A stretch of 64,000 bases of DNA from Calditrichia bacterium. Its GTDB lineage: Bacteria > Calditrichota > Calditrichia > JAJRVZ01. Shown here one piece after another: positions 41,349 through 54,289 of the stretch; the first letter of the stretch is position 1, and each line of letters begins with the position of its first letter. The notes beneath the pieces are model-generated. The model did no database searches and had not been told where the DNA came from. It worked only from the letters and a program-made list of their open reading frames with translations. Location of the stretch: the NCBI GenBank assembly GCA_963796965.1, contig CAWCNS010000005.1, positions 864,001 through 928,000 on the forward strand, given 5' to 3'. The position numbers were made by a program, and so were the translations under genes.

Positions 41349-42989
41349 ATGAGGTGGATCTCAATTGCCCTAATTTTACTATTTCTCAACCTCTCTTGTG
41401 TGGAAAACGGTACTGTTAATCAGGATTATTCTGCAGATGTAATTATTTATGGTGGTACTTCTGCGGCTATTATTGCCGCTGTTCAGGTTGCCAGGATGAA
41501 TAAATCGGTCATTGTCGTCTCACCTGATGAACATCTTGGTGGGCTATCATCGGGAGGTTTAGGATGGACCGATACCGGAAATAAAGAAGTAATTGGTGGA
41601 CTTGCCCGAGAGTTTTATCATCGTGTATGGCGCCACTATCAAACACCGAAGGCCTGGACGTGGCAAGAACGAGCTGCATACGGTAACGCCGGTCAGGGTA
41701 CCCCTGCCATAGACGGTGACAGGCGCACCATGTGGATATTTGAACCCCATGTGGCTGAACAGGTCTTTGAAGACTTTATAAAAGAACATAATATTACAAT
41801 TTATCGCGATGAATGGCTTAACCGGGATAAGCCTATAGAAAAGCATAATGGGAATATACAATTCTTCACGACACTAAGTGGCAAAGTTTTCTTGGGGAAA
41901 GCCTTTATTGATGCCACCTATGAGGGTGATCTGATGGCATCAGCGGGTGTTAGTTATCATGTGGGCAGGGAAGCAAATAATGTGTATCAAGAAAACTGGA
42001 ACGGGGTACAAGCAAACGTTTTCCATCATGGACATTATTTCAAAAGTCAAATTGATCCCTACATCATACCGGGCGATCCTTCAAGTGGATTGTTACCAAA
42101 AATTTCGAGCGATCCCCCAGGTGAAATAGGATCAGGGGATAACCGGGTACAAGCCTATTGTTTCCGCATGTGTCTGACTGATGCTGCCGAAAACCGCGTA
42201 CCCTTCCAAAAACCTCCTAATTATAATCCAAATAATTATGAATTATTACTCCGCGTGTTTGATACCGGCCGACGTGATTATTTTGAAAAATTTGACCCCA
42301 TTCCAAACCATAAAACCGATACCAACAATCATGGACCATTCAGTACCGACAATATCGGGATGAATTATGATTATCCAGAAGCTTCCTATGAACGTCGGGC
42401 TGAAATAATTCAGGAACACGAAAACTATCAAAAGGGTCTGATGTATTTCATCGCCAGTGATCCCAAAATACCAAAAGACATTCAAGATAAAATGAAGAAT
42501 TTTGGTCTTGCCAAGGATGAGTTTGTTGATAATGGGAATTGGCCACATCAGCTCTACATCCGCGAAGCACGACGGATGATTGGGGAGTATGTGATGACCG
42601 AACATGAGGCTTTAGGCAAACGTTCTGTACCCAAATCAATTGGAATGGGTTCCTATACCATGGATTCCCATAACACCCAACGCTATGTCACGTCAGATGG
42701 ATTTGTACAGAATGAGGGCGATATCGGTGTACATCCAGAACATCCTTACCGTATTTCCTATGGATCTCTTACACCTAAAAGAAGTGAATGTAAGAATCTC
42801 TTAGTACCGGTTTGTATTTCCAGTTCCCATATTGCCTTTGGATCAATTAGAATGGAGCCAGTTTTTATGATCCTGGGACAAAGTGCCGCAACCGCCGCCG
42901 TTCTGGCCATAGATGCAAAATGTCCTGTGCAGGATATTGATTATCGGGAATTGAAAAAAACTTTATTAAATGATGATCAAGTATTATAA
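41349..42989 (+). CDS. FAD-dependent oxidoreductase lipoprotein (xanthan-lyase-associated type)
   Basis: Lipobox NLSC; DVIIYGGTSA, DATYEGDL, LYIREARR, SIRMEP. Confidence 0.82.
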   Translation: MRWISIALILLFLNLSCVENGTVNQDYSADVIIYGGTSAAIIAAVQVARMNKSVIVVSPDEHLGGLSSGGLGWTDTGNKEVIGGLAREFYHRVWRHYQTPKAWTWQERAAYGNAGQGTPAIDGDRRTMWIFEPHVAEQVFEDFIKEHNITIYRDEWLNRDKPIEKHNGNIQFFTTLSGKVFLGKAFIDATYEGDLMASAGVSYHVGREANNVYQENWNGVQANVFHHGHYFKSQIDPYIIPGDPSSGLLPKISSDPPGEIGSGDNRVQAYCFRMCLTDAAENRVPFQKPPNYNPNNYELLLRVFDTGRRDYFEKFDPIPNHKTDTNNHGPFSTDNIGMNYDYPEASYERRAEIIQEHENYQKGLMYFIASDPKIPKDIQDKMKNFGLAKDEFVDNGNWPHQLYIREARRMIGEYVMTEHEALGKRSVPKSIGMGSYTMDSHNTQRYVTSDGFVQNEGDIGVHPEHPYRISYGSLTPKRSECKNLLVPVCISSSHIAFGSIRMEPVFMILGQSAATAAVLAIDAKCPVQDIDYRELKKTLLNDDQVL

Positions 42990-43061
42990 GTTTAATTGAA
43001 TTGTTTTAAATACTTATTCACAAAATTATAATTATTATTCATTATATTTCAATCTATATTT

Positions 43062-43141
43062 GTCATTCTCCCGAATGTAATTCGGGATTTCGGAATCTTG
43101 CAACTACATAGGTTTAGATCCTGAATCAAGTTCAGGATGAC
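43062..43141. repeat. GTCAT...ATGAC double-hairpin miniature element
   Basis: GTCATTCTCCCGAATGTAATTCGGGA ... AGATCCTGAATCAAGTTCAGGATGAC; inverted homolog at 30963-31086. Confidence 0.82.
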
Positions 43142-43277
43142 TTTCACAGTTCCGTTTACATGCTTATAATAGTTAATTAATATAAATTTTAAGTGTAGAC
43201 ACAAAGCCAAGACATAACATTTTACTTGTATTAACAACTTCACTATTCTACCATAAAAATATTTGAAGGAAAAATAT

Positions 43278-44663
43278 ATGAAAATGATAGCGATCTGCGT
43301 TAAATCCGGATTAGTCTTGCTCATTGGTATGTTTTTTTTGCAATGTTCGGAAAAGCCCCTGGAGCAAAAACCGAATATCGTCTTAATTCTTGCAGATGAT
43401 TTGGGCTGGAATCAAATTGGCTGTTATGGGAGTGATTTTTATGAAACGCCTAACATTGATAAATTGGCTACAACGGGAATGCGATTTACCGATGCTTATG
43501 CTGCAGCTCCGGTCTGCTCGCCCACACGTGCGAGTATTATGACCGGTAAATACCCGGCCAGATTACATCTGACAGATTATATCAGAGGTACCCGTCAGCC
43601 AGAGAACAGTGTATTAGTACTTCCGGATTGGACCCCCTATCTGAAACTTGAAGAGACCACAATCGCAGAGGCATTAAAGGAGGAGGGGTATATGACGGCC
43701 TCGTTTGGTAAATGGCATCTAAGCAAAGAGAAACTGCCTCCCAAATCTCAGTCCCACAATCCGGATAAACAGGGATTCGATGAGTCCTTCGTTACTTTTA
43801 AACCAGAAAAAGGATTAGCCCAACCCTGGCAAACGCCAGAAAATGATGGCCACAACGTGCAAATTATAACAGAGAAGTCTCTAAATTTCATTGAAAAACA
43901 TAAAGACAAACCCTTCTTTCTCTACATAAGCCATAACACCATCCATAGGCCATTAATGGAAAAAGAGTCCTTAATAAATAAATATAAAACAAAAAGTAAT
44001 TCTGATTTACCAGAGAACAATTCTACAATTGCTGCCATGATCGAGACCTTAGATCTTAATGTAGGCAAAATCATAGATAAACTGGAAGAATTAGAACTGA
44101 CTGAAAATACGCTTGTTATCTTTTTTTCTGATAACGGTGGTTTAGAAAATATGGCCGACCAGACACCCCTGCGTGCCGGGAAAGGTGCAATTTATGAAGG
44201 AGGGATCAGAGAACCTTTGATTGCCAAATGGCCGGGTCGTATTCCTGCCGGATCTATTGACAATACGCCGGTTAGCAGTGTGGACTTTTTCCCAACTCTT
44301 TTAAGCATAGCAAAAAGTGAAAAGAAATATAGGGATATTGATGGGACGAGTCTTCTTCCCTTACTTACTAAAAGTGGTAAATTGGATAGGGAAGCGATAT
44401 TTTTTCACTACCCACATTATCATAAAAATGGCGTTGCACCATCTGGGGCGATCCGCATGGGTGACTATAAATTAATTGAGTGGTTTGAAAAAAGCGTCAG
44501 CGGTGCTGATGGGGAAGGTGCTCTGCAATTATTTAATCTGAGAAACGATATAGGTGAACAAAATAATCTGGTAAATGAAAAAAAAGAGCTGACTTTGGAA
44601 TTATACCATAAACTCAAAGCATGGCGGCAAAAAGTTGGCGCTCAAGACATGCCACGAAGATAA
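43278..44663 (+). CDS. Cys-type sulfatase (S1 family)
   Basis: PNIVLILADDLG, CSPTRASIMTG, GKWHL, SDNGG. Confidence 0.93.
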   Translation: MKMIAICVKSGLVLLIGMFFLQCSEKPLEQKPNIVLILADDLGWNQIGCYGSDFYETPNIDKLATTGMRFTDAYAAAPVCSPTRASIMTGKYPARLHLTDYIRGTRQPENSVLVLPDWTPYLKLEETTIAEALKEEGYMTASFGKWHLSKEKLPPKSQSHNPDKQGFDESFVTFKPEKGLAQPWQTPENDGHNVQIITEKSLNFIEKHKDKPFFLYISHNTIHRPLMEKESLINKYKTKSNSDLPENNSTIAAMIETLDLNVGKIIDKLEELELTENTLVIFFSDNGGLENMADQTPLRAGKGAIYEGGIREPLIAKWPGRIPAGSIDNTPVSSVDFFPTLLSIAKSEKKYRDIDGTSLLPLLTKSGKLDREAIFFHYPHYHKNGVAPSGAIRMGDYKLIEWFEKSVSGADGEGALQLFNLRNDIGEQNNLVNEKKELTLELYHKLKAWRQKVGAQDMPRR

Positions 44664-44694
44664 TAAGCAATTGAAAAATATGGAGGCAAGATAA

Positions 44695-46119
44695 ATGCGA
44701 ATAAATAATTTAATACGAAATCTATTCCCTGTACTTTTTGTATTGGTTATAGGTTGTCAAAACTCACCGCCAGATATTTTTTTAGGGATGGGTTTGAAAA
44801 CCGGTGAAATAGCTGAGACATCAGCAATCGTTCATGTACGCCTTACAGAAATTCCTGCCCAGAATGAAGAGAAGTTGGTTCCGGGTAAAGAGGGACAAGC
44901 AAGATTAATTGTAAGTTCATCCAAGGATCTTAAGAATGCAACCATAACAGGGTGGTTGAATGCGCAGGCTGAGGATGATTATTCAATGCAGTTTAAATTA
45001 GAGGATTTAGTGGCGGGAACCAGATATTATCTTGGTGTTGAAATGCGCGTAGATGAGAATTCCGGGATTCATTCAACACAAGATTTTTCTTTCAAGACTG
45101 CGCCTCCAGCGGACAAAAAAGCAACTGTCAAATTCCAGATTACAACCGGGCAGGATGTTCTTGGCATAGATACCTATTATAAAATGGCTGCACAGAAGCC
45201 GGATTTCCTCATTTCCACAGGTGATAATGTTTATTATGACAAAGAATGTGATGGCAGAACAGTGGATTTGGCCTATCAATGTTATCAAATTATGTATGGA
45301 TCAAAACCCATCGTTGATTATTTCCGTCATATCGGAGGCTATTTTGAGAAGGATGATCATGACTACCGGTTCAATGATGCGGATACGTTGATGCGCGGAA
45401 AGTGGGTACGTCAAAGTCTTATTAGTCCGGGCTTATCCAGAATCACCAAAGAAAAAGAAGATCGTTTTTTTGATGAAGCCTGGCTTTCACATGAAGATGG
45501 TATCAGGGTATTTAAAAAAGTATTTCCGATGAGTGAAAAAACGTACCGCACTTTTCGTTGGGGAAAGGGGATTCAGATCTGGCTGGTTGAAGGAAGAGAT
45601 TTCCGTTCACCAAATAATATGCCGGATGGTCCGGAAAAATCCATCTGGGGAAAAGAACAGAAAGCCTGGTTAAAATCATCACTACTCAAGAGTGATGCAG
45701 AATATAAAGTCATTATATCGCCCACACCGATTATTGGCCCTGACCGTCAGAGTAAAACCGATAACCACGCCAATAGAAATGGATTTTGGACTGAGGGCCG
45801 TCAGTTTTTAAACTGGATCAAAGAGAAGAAGATGGATAATGTTATACTGGCCTGTGGTGACCGGCATTGGCAGTATCATTCTGTCCACTCCGGATTCACC
45901 CATGAATTTAGTTGTGGTCCAACCTGTGATGAACATTCTGTCAAAGATAAACCTGGCCAGCATCCACCTTCTCCATCTGAATTTGAAAAAATTGAACAAC
46001 CCTATGTAAATTTATGCGGCGGATTTCTGACAGTACTCTACCAACCGGACCAGGGTATATTTCTAAACTTCTATGACATTGATGGTAAGGAATTATACTC
46101 TTACAAGTATACCAACTGA
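44695..46119 (+). CDS. PhoD-like alkaline phosphatase D family metallophosphoesterase
   Basis: TGDNVYYD, KDDHD, GDRH; lipobox VIGC. Confidence 0.82.
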   Translation: MRINNLIRNLFPVLFVLVIGCQNSPPDIFLGMGLKTGEIAETSAIVHVRLTEIPAQNEEKLVPGKEGQARLIVSSSKDLKNATITGWLNAQAEDDYSMQFKLEDLVAGTRYYLGVEMRVDENSGIHSTQDFSFKTAPPADKKATVKFQITTGQDVLGIDTYYKMAAQKPDFLISTGDNVYYDKECDGRTVDLAYQCYQIMYGSKPIVDYFRHIGGYFEKDDHDYRFNDADTLMRGKWVRQSLISPGLSRITKEKEDRFFDEAWLSHEDGIRVFKKVFPMSEKTYRTFRWGKGIQIWLVEGRDFRSPNNMPDGPEKSIWGKEQKAWLKSSLLKSDAEYKVIISPTPIIGPDRQSKTDNHANRNGFWTEGRQFLNWIKEKKMDNVILACGDRHWQYHSVHSGFTHEFSCGPTCDEHSVKDKPGQHPPSPSEFEKIEQPYVNLCGGFLTVLYQPDQGIFLNFYDIDGKELYSYKYTN

Positions 46120-46248
46120 CTGATACGAAGGTAAATAGTATGAACCGGGTGAAGAATATCTGTTTTCAATTTAAATTTATCTGATACTTTTAGAGAATCT
46201 GATTTATAATTCAATTCTCTTGGAATTTTATAAAAGGAGTCAGCTGAT

Positions 46249-47673
46249 ATGGCCATTAATCCTATGAAAAAAAATGTTTTTCTTTTTGTCTTAATACTAT
46301 TAACACAATCTATCTTCATCACTCAAAGCTGCCAGGGAAGCGACACATCAAAACCAAAACCGAATATTATAATAATTTTTTGCGACGATCTCGGTTACGG
46401 TGACCTGGGTGTATTTGGCCACCCTACGATCAAGACACCGAATTTGGATCAAATGGCGAATGAGGGTCAGAAATGGACCAATTTTTATGCGGCTGCAAGT
46501 GTTTGCACACCCAGTAGAGCTGGTTTAATGACAGGCCGGTTACCGGTACGAAATGGCATGATGAGTAATAAGCGAAGAGTGTTGTTTCCGGATTCGAATG
46601 GCGGGCTACCAGATGCAGAGATAACCATCGCTGAAATCCTAAAAAAACAGAATTATGCAACAGCCTGTGTTGGTAAATGGCACCTCGGCCATTTACCGCC
46701 CTACTTACCCACTAAACATGGTTTTGACTATTATTACGGAATTCCTTACAGCAATGATATGGATCAAACCATGAAAATTGAATGGGAGAATTGGTTAAAT
46801 CCCAAGCCCGAATATTATAATGTCCCACTTCTACGGAATTCAGATATCATCGAACGCCCGGTTGATCAAACAACCATATCAAAAAGGTATACTGAAGAAA
46901 CAATCGCACTCATAAAAAAAAATAAATCGGCCCCATTTTTTATCTATCTGGCCCATAGCATGCCTCATATACCCCTGTTCGCTTCAGAGCAATTTATCGG
47001 ATCCAGTTTAAGGGGATTATACGGTGATGTGATTGAAGAAATTGACTGGAGTGTGGGAGAAATTCTTCAGACTCTGCGCGATGAGAATCTTGATTCCAGT
47101 ACATTAGTTATCTTTACCTCGGACAATGGCCCCTGGCTGAGTTTTAAGGAGATGGGTGGTTCAGCCGGATTACTCAAAGAAGGAAAAGGAATGACCTGGG
47201 AGGGTGGCATGCGTGAGCCGACTATTTTTTGGTGGCCCGGTCAGATTAAACCGGCAGTCATTTCCGGAATGGGTTCCACCCTTGACTTACTTCCCACAAT
47301 TGCTTCCATATCCGGATCAGAGGCACCAAAAGATAGAATTATTGATGGATATGATTTAATGTCTGTACTGAAGGAATCCGGAAGCAGTCCAAGAAATACA
47401 ATGTTTTATTATCGGGGAAGTGAACTATATGCCGTACGTCTGGGTGCATATAAAGCACATTATATTACTGAATTATCCTATCACAAGGATAATCAGCGAA
47501 CACTGCACGATCCTCCCCTCCTGTACAATTTAGAACATGATCCCTCTGAAAAATATAATATCGCAACAGATCATCCGGATGTTATTGATCAAATTCAAAA
47601 AGTTATAAGTGAGCATAAATTAAAGATGGTCATGGGGAAGGATCAACTTGCCGGAAGGATAGAGAAAAATTAG
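46249..47673 (+). CDS. Cys-type sulfatase (arylsulfatase A-like)
   Basis: DDLGYGD, CTPSRAGLMTG, GKWHLG, SDNGP. Confidence 0.93.
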   Translation: MAINPMKKNVFLFVLILLTQSIFITQSCQGSDTSKPKPNIIIIFCDDLGYGDLGVFGHPTIKTPNLDQMANEGQKWTNFYAAASVCTPSRAGLMTGRLPVRNGMMSNKRRVLFPDSNGGLPDAEITIAEILKKQNYATACVGKWHLGHLPPYLPTKHGFDYYYGIPYSNDMDQTMKIEWENWLNPKPEYYNVPLLRNSDIIERPVDQTTISKRYTEETIALIKKNKSAPFFIYLAHSMPHIPLFASEQFIGSSLRGLYGDVIEEIDWSVGEILQTLRDENLDSSTLVIFTSDNGPWLSFKEMGGSAGLLKEGKGMTWEGGMREPTIFWWPGQIKPAVISGMGSTLDLLPTIASISGSEAPKDRIIDGYDLMSVLKESGSSPRNTMFYYRGSELYAVRLGAYKAHYITELSYHKDNQRTLHDPPLLYNLEHDPSEKYNIATDHPDVIDQIQKVISEHKLKMVMGKDQLAGRIEKN

Positions 47674-47718
47674 ATCTACATAGAAATATCATAAAAATCT
47701 CCAATTACGAACATATAA

Positions 47719-47945
47719 GTCATCCTGAACTTGTTTCAGGATCTCACGAGGATAGAAAAGGAATGACGTCAGAAAATATTTGTTATGTGATTTATTGTTT
47801 TTAGATTATTACTACATGCTATCTTTATTAAAATTAGATTTATTTTTCTTTTATTATTTAAAAGAACAAAATGTGCAATGAATAAACATTTTCATTATGA
47901 ATCGTAAAGCATATTAAATAGATCCTGAAATAAATTCAGGATGAC
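47719..47945. repeat. Inverted pair of GTCATCCTGAA-type hairpin repeats
   Basis: GTCATCCTGAACTTGTTTCAGGATCT (47719-47744) and AGATCCTGAAATAAATTCAGGATGAC (47920-47945). Confidence 0.85.
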
Positions 47946-48011
47946 TCAGACTTCAATAGTAGCACAAATTAAGACTTTTTAATTTTATAAATAACTAAGG
48001 TAGAATTTCAT

Positions 48012-49187
48012 ATGGAAAAATCGTTAGATAAAAAATTAGAGCGTATTAAATCCGATCCATCCTGCAAGGATTTCATTTTGGCCGATGCAAAAGATGCTGA
48101 TATGGCTTATGGTATCGCTGCTCCCGGACAAAGTCCGGAATATCATGCCATTGAAGGAAAATTTCGCTCACTTGCTGAATATCGCGAATTGATTCGTGAG
48201 GTAATTAAACAGGAAAAAGTGGATATCGTCTTAATGTCCGCCAGTACAAATGAAATAATAAATATTGAAGAACGATTGTTTGACGGGAGTCCGGTAACAC
48301 CGGCTGCCAGAGCAAATGATACCACTGATGTGCATGTCATTACCGGATCACAATATGTAAACCAACCGTCCATACCCTTCAGCAGTGCAACAATCGATCA
48401 GATTCAATGTGGTAAATACAAATGTGCCCCAAAGGAACGCCAAATAGGCGCAAATTTGGGTTTATATTCTGTTACCTATAATAATGACAGGGATCTGGAT
48501 ATTCAGACATTGGAAGCTTTTAAAAAATTTCGTCTGGAGGCAGAAGAGAAAGGATTCAGGTATTTTTTGGAAGTATTCAATCCTAATATGGCCAATGTGG
48601 TTGCCCCTGATAAGCTGGGTCAGTTTATCAATGATAGAATTGTCCGTGATCTTGCAGGAGTTCCCAAGGCAGGCAGACCCATTTTCCTCAAGATTGTTTA
48701 TCAGGGCCCTGCGTTTATGGAACAGTTGGCACAATATGATCCGGATCTCGTTCCCGGAATATTAGGCGGAAGTTCCGGGACCACCTATGATGCTTTTAAA
48801 ATGCTTGCCGAGGCCAAGAAATACGGGGCGAAGGTTGCTTTATATGGCCGGAAAATTAATAATTCGGAAAATCAGTTAGCCTTTATTAGTTTTTTACGTT
48901 TAATTGTTGATGATGAAATCACTCCGGAAGAAGCTGTTAAGGGATATCACACCGTTTTAGAAAAATTGGGAATTAAACCCTATCGATCATTAAAAGAAGA
49001 CATGCAATTGACCCACCCGGCCGTCTCATATGGTGGCTCTTCATCAAAGATTTCAGTCCCGCAGACATATAAAAATATTAACAGAAAAATTCAGAGCACA
49101 AATTCAGAGACGCCGGAATTTCAGAAAATGAGCTCTGAAGAAAAACTCTCTTACTTTATGTCACGTTTAAAAAACAAAGAGGAATAA
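48012..49187 (+). CDS. Hypothetical protein, possibly a class I aldolase-like TIM barrel
   Basis: Long ORF; FLEVF, FLKIVY, ILGG, ALYGRKI segments resemble DhnA/LacD-type barrels. Confidence 0.45.
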   Translation: MEKSLDKKLERIKSDPSCKDFILADAKDADMAYGIAAPGQSPEYHAIEGKFRSLAEYRELIREVIKQEKVDIVLMSASTNEIINIEERLFDGSPVTPAARANDTTDVHVITGSQYVNQPSIPFSSATIDQIQCGKYKCAPKERQIGANLGLYSVTYNNDRDLDIQTLEAFKKFRLEAEEKGFRYFLEVFNPNMANVVAPDKLGQFINDRIVRDLAGVPKAGRPIFLKIVYQGPAFMEQLAQYDPDLVPGILGGSSGTTYDAFKMLAEAKKYGAKVALYGRKINNSENQLAFISFLRLIVDDEITPEEAVKGYHTVLEKLGIKPYRSLKEDMQLTHPAVSYGGSSSKISVPQTYKNINRKIQSTNSETPEFQKMSSEEKLSYFMSRLKNKEE

Positions 49188-49294
49188 TTGCTTAGGATTG
49201 CTTTATCGCCGTATCTTAAATTTGTTTTTTAGTGATTTAAACCGCCCCTAATTCCTACTGCCACAACCATTAGTTTCATTAAAAGAGGATAAGA

Positions 49295-50665
49295 ATGAGA
49301 AGAAGAAAATTCATCAAAGACTCGGGTATGGGAGTTCTACTTGGCACCATGATGCCGGGTGTCACATCACTCTTAAGGCATTCCTCCGGGGTCTATGGTG
49401 CTAATGAACGGGTTAATTTAGCCTTAATGGGTTGCGGCGATCGTGGCGAATATGTGGCTCGTGGATTTATAGCAGACGGTAACACAATACAATATGTATG
49501 TGATCCCGACTCTGAACGAATGGAAAAATATGCCAATTTATTCTCCGATTTGCAGGGGAAAAAACCAAAGATGATTAAAGACATTAACGTGGCCCTCGAC
49601 GATCAAGACATTGATGCTATAATCATTGCAACACCCCATCATTGGCATGCGTTACCAACAATCCAGTCGGTTCAGGCAGGAAAAGATGTGTACCTCGAGA
49701 AACCACAATCTCATTCGATCTGGGAAGGTCGAAAGATGATCGAAGCGGCAAGTAAATATGGCCGTATTGTTCAAATCGGAGCACAAAATCGTAGCGCACC
49801 CTATATACACGCTGCCCGTGAATATATCAAAAGCGGAAAGTTAGGAGACATCCACCTCGTCAAAGTATATAATTTAAAATCTAATGCCCCATTTCATGAA
49901 CGGGGGGAACCTTTTCTCTTGGGAGATCAACAAAAACCGCCGAAAACCTTAGATTGGGATCTTTGGCTTGGTGGCGCACCCACCCGCCCCTATTATCCAA
50001 CCATTTTTAATAATAATGGTTGGGAGGCTTTTTGGGATTTTTCAGTTGGAGATATGGACGATGCCCTGCACCAGATTGATATTGCCATGTATTTGATGGG
50101 TGAGCCTGTTCCAAAAGCAGTTAGCAGTTCAGGTGGTCGTTTCCATTATAAAACAGATGATGCACAGACACCGGATATTATGGTAAATTCGATTGAATTT
50201 GATAATTTTATTATGACATTAGAGATGTCTGCCTACCCTATGTACATGCAGAAGACTACCACCACCATTCGTCGAAATGACGAATTTCCCTATTGGACAC
50301 AAAACGCTACCCGAATTGAACTATATGGATCAAAAGAGTTAATGATTTTGGGACGAATGGGTGGCGGATGGATTACAATGATTTCCGGGGGAAAAATCGT
50401 AGACAAGATGTATGGGAGATATCCTGACGATGTACATAGACAGGATTTTATCAAAAGCCTTAAATCCCGCAATCGCCCAAATGGTGACATTAAGATTGTA
50501 AATAACAGTATGAACGTGGCTCATATAAGCAATATATCCCATAGGATTGGGAATCAAAAATTATTTTATGATTCCCATGCTGAGCGATTTATAAATAATG
50601 AAGAGGCCAATCAATTACTCAGAAACACCTACAGAGACAAATATAAAATACCGGAAAGCATTTAA
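49295..50665 (+). CDS. Gfo/Idh/MocA-family oxidoreductase with Tat signal
   Basis: MRRRKFIK; GCGDRG; ATPHHWH; GKDVYLEKP. Confidence 0.9.
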   Translation: MRRRKFIKDSGMGVLLGTMMPGVTSLLRHSSGVYGANERVNLALMGCGDRGEYVARGFIADGNTIQYVCDPDSERMEKYANLFSDLQGKKPKMIKDINVALDDQDIDAIIIATPHHWHALPTIQSVQAGKDVYLEKPQSHSIWEGRKMIEAASKYGRIVQIGAQNRSAPYIHAAREYIKSGKLGDIHLVKVYNLKSNAPFHERGEPFLLGDQQKPPKTLDWDLWLGGAPTRPYYPTIFNNNGWEAFWDFSVGDMDDALHQIDIAMYLMGEPVPKAVSSSGGRFHYKTDDAQTPDIMVNSIEFDNFIMTLEMSAYPMYMQKTTTTIRRNDEFPYWTQNATRIELYGSKELMILGRMGGGWITMISGGKIVDKMYGRYPDDVHRQDFIKSLKSRNRPNGDIKIVNNSMNVAHISNISHRIGNQKLFYDSHAERFINNEEANQLLRNTYRDKYKIPESI

Positions 50666-50681
50666 TTAATATTTTCGTCAT

Positions 50682-50786
50682 TCGGGCATCGAATATCTCG
50701 AATCACGTATCACACATCACGTATCGCCTATCACGTATCCCGAATCACATATCACATATCCCACATCTCATATTCGGTATCTGTTA
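50682..50786. repeat. Degenerate heptamer tandem repeat (15 units, consensus TCNNNNA)
   Basis: TCACGTA/TCACATA/TCCCGAA-type units in exact 7-bp register between convergent genes. Confidence 0.85.
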
Positions 50787-50787
50787 T

Positions 50788-53992
<3,205 letters not shown>

Positions 53993-54177
53993 TTATTGGT
54001 TGTTTCATGCAAATTATTTTTGCTGTCAATTTACATTGAAACAGAATTTATAGATAGATTGAAATTTTGAAGGCCCCCGCTTCCTATTTCTTCAAGGATT
54101 TAAAAATAGGATATGGTTTTGTCGATCATCCTAACCTACTTTTAAGAAATCTATTATTAGGTCTTGTCCTTGGTGCA

Positions 54178-54282
54178 ACCTAACGATTGGGGATAAATGC
54201 GCGGCGTAATATCCTACCTAATTACATAAACATTTTGAAAGAGAATGACCCATTATCCAATCGTGTGATACCCAGATTATAT
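54178..54282 (-). other. Degenerate attC-like recombination site
   Basis: Minus strand: ATATAAT 7 nt after the stop codon ... CATTTATCCCCAATC-GTTAGGT core; 105 bp. Confidence 0.45.
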
Positions 54283-54289
54283 GGCGATT

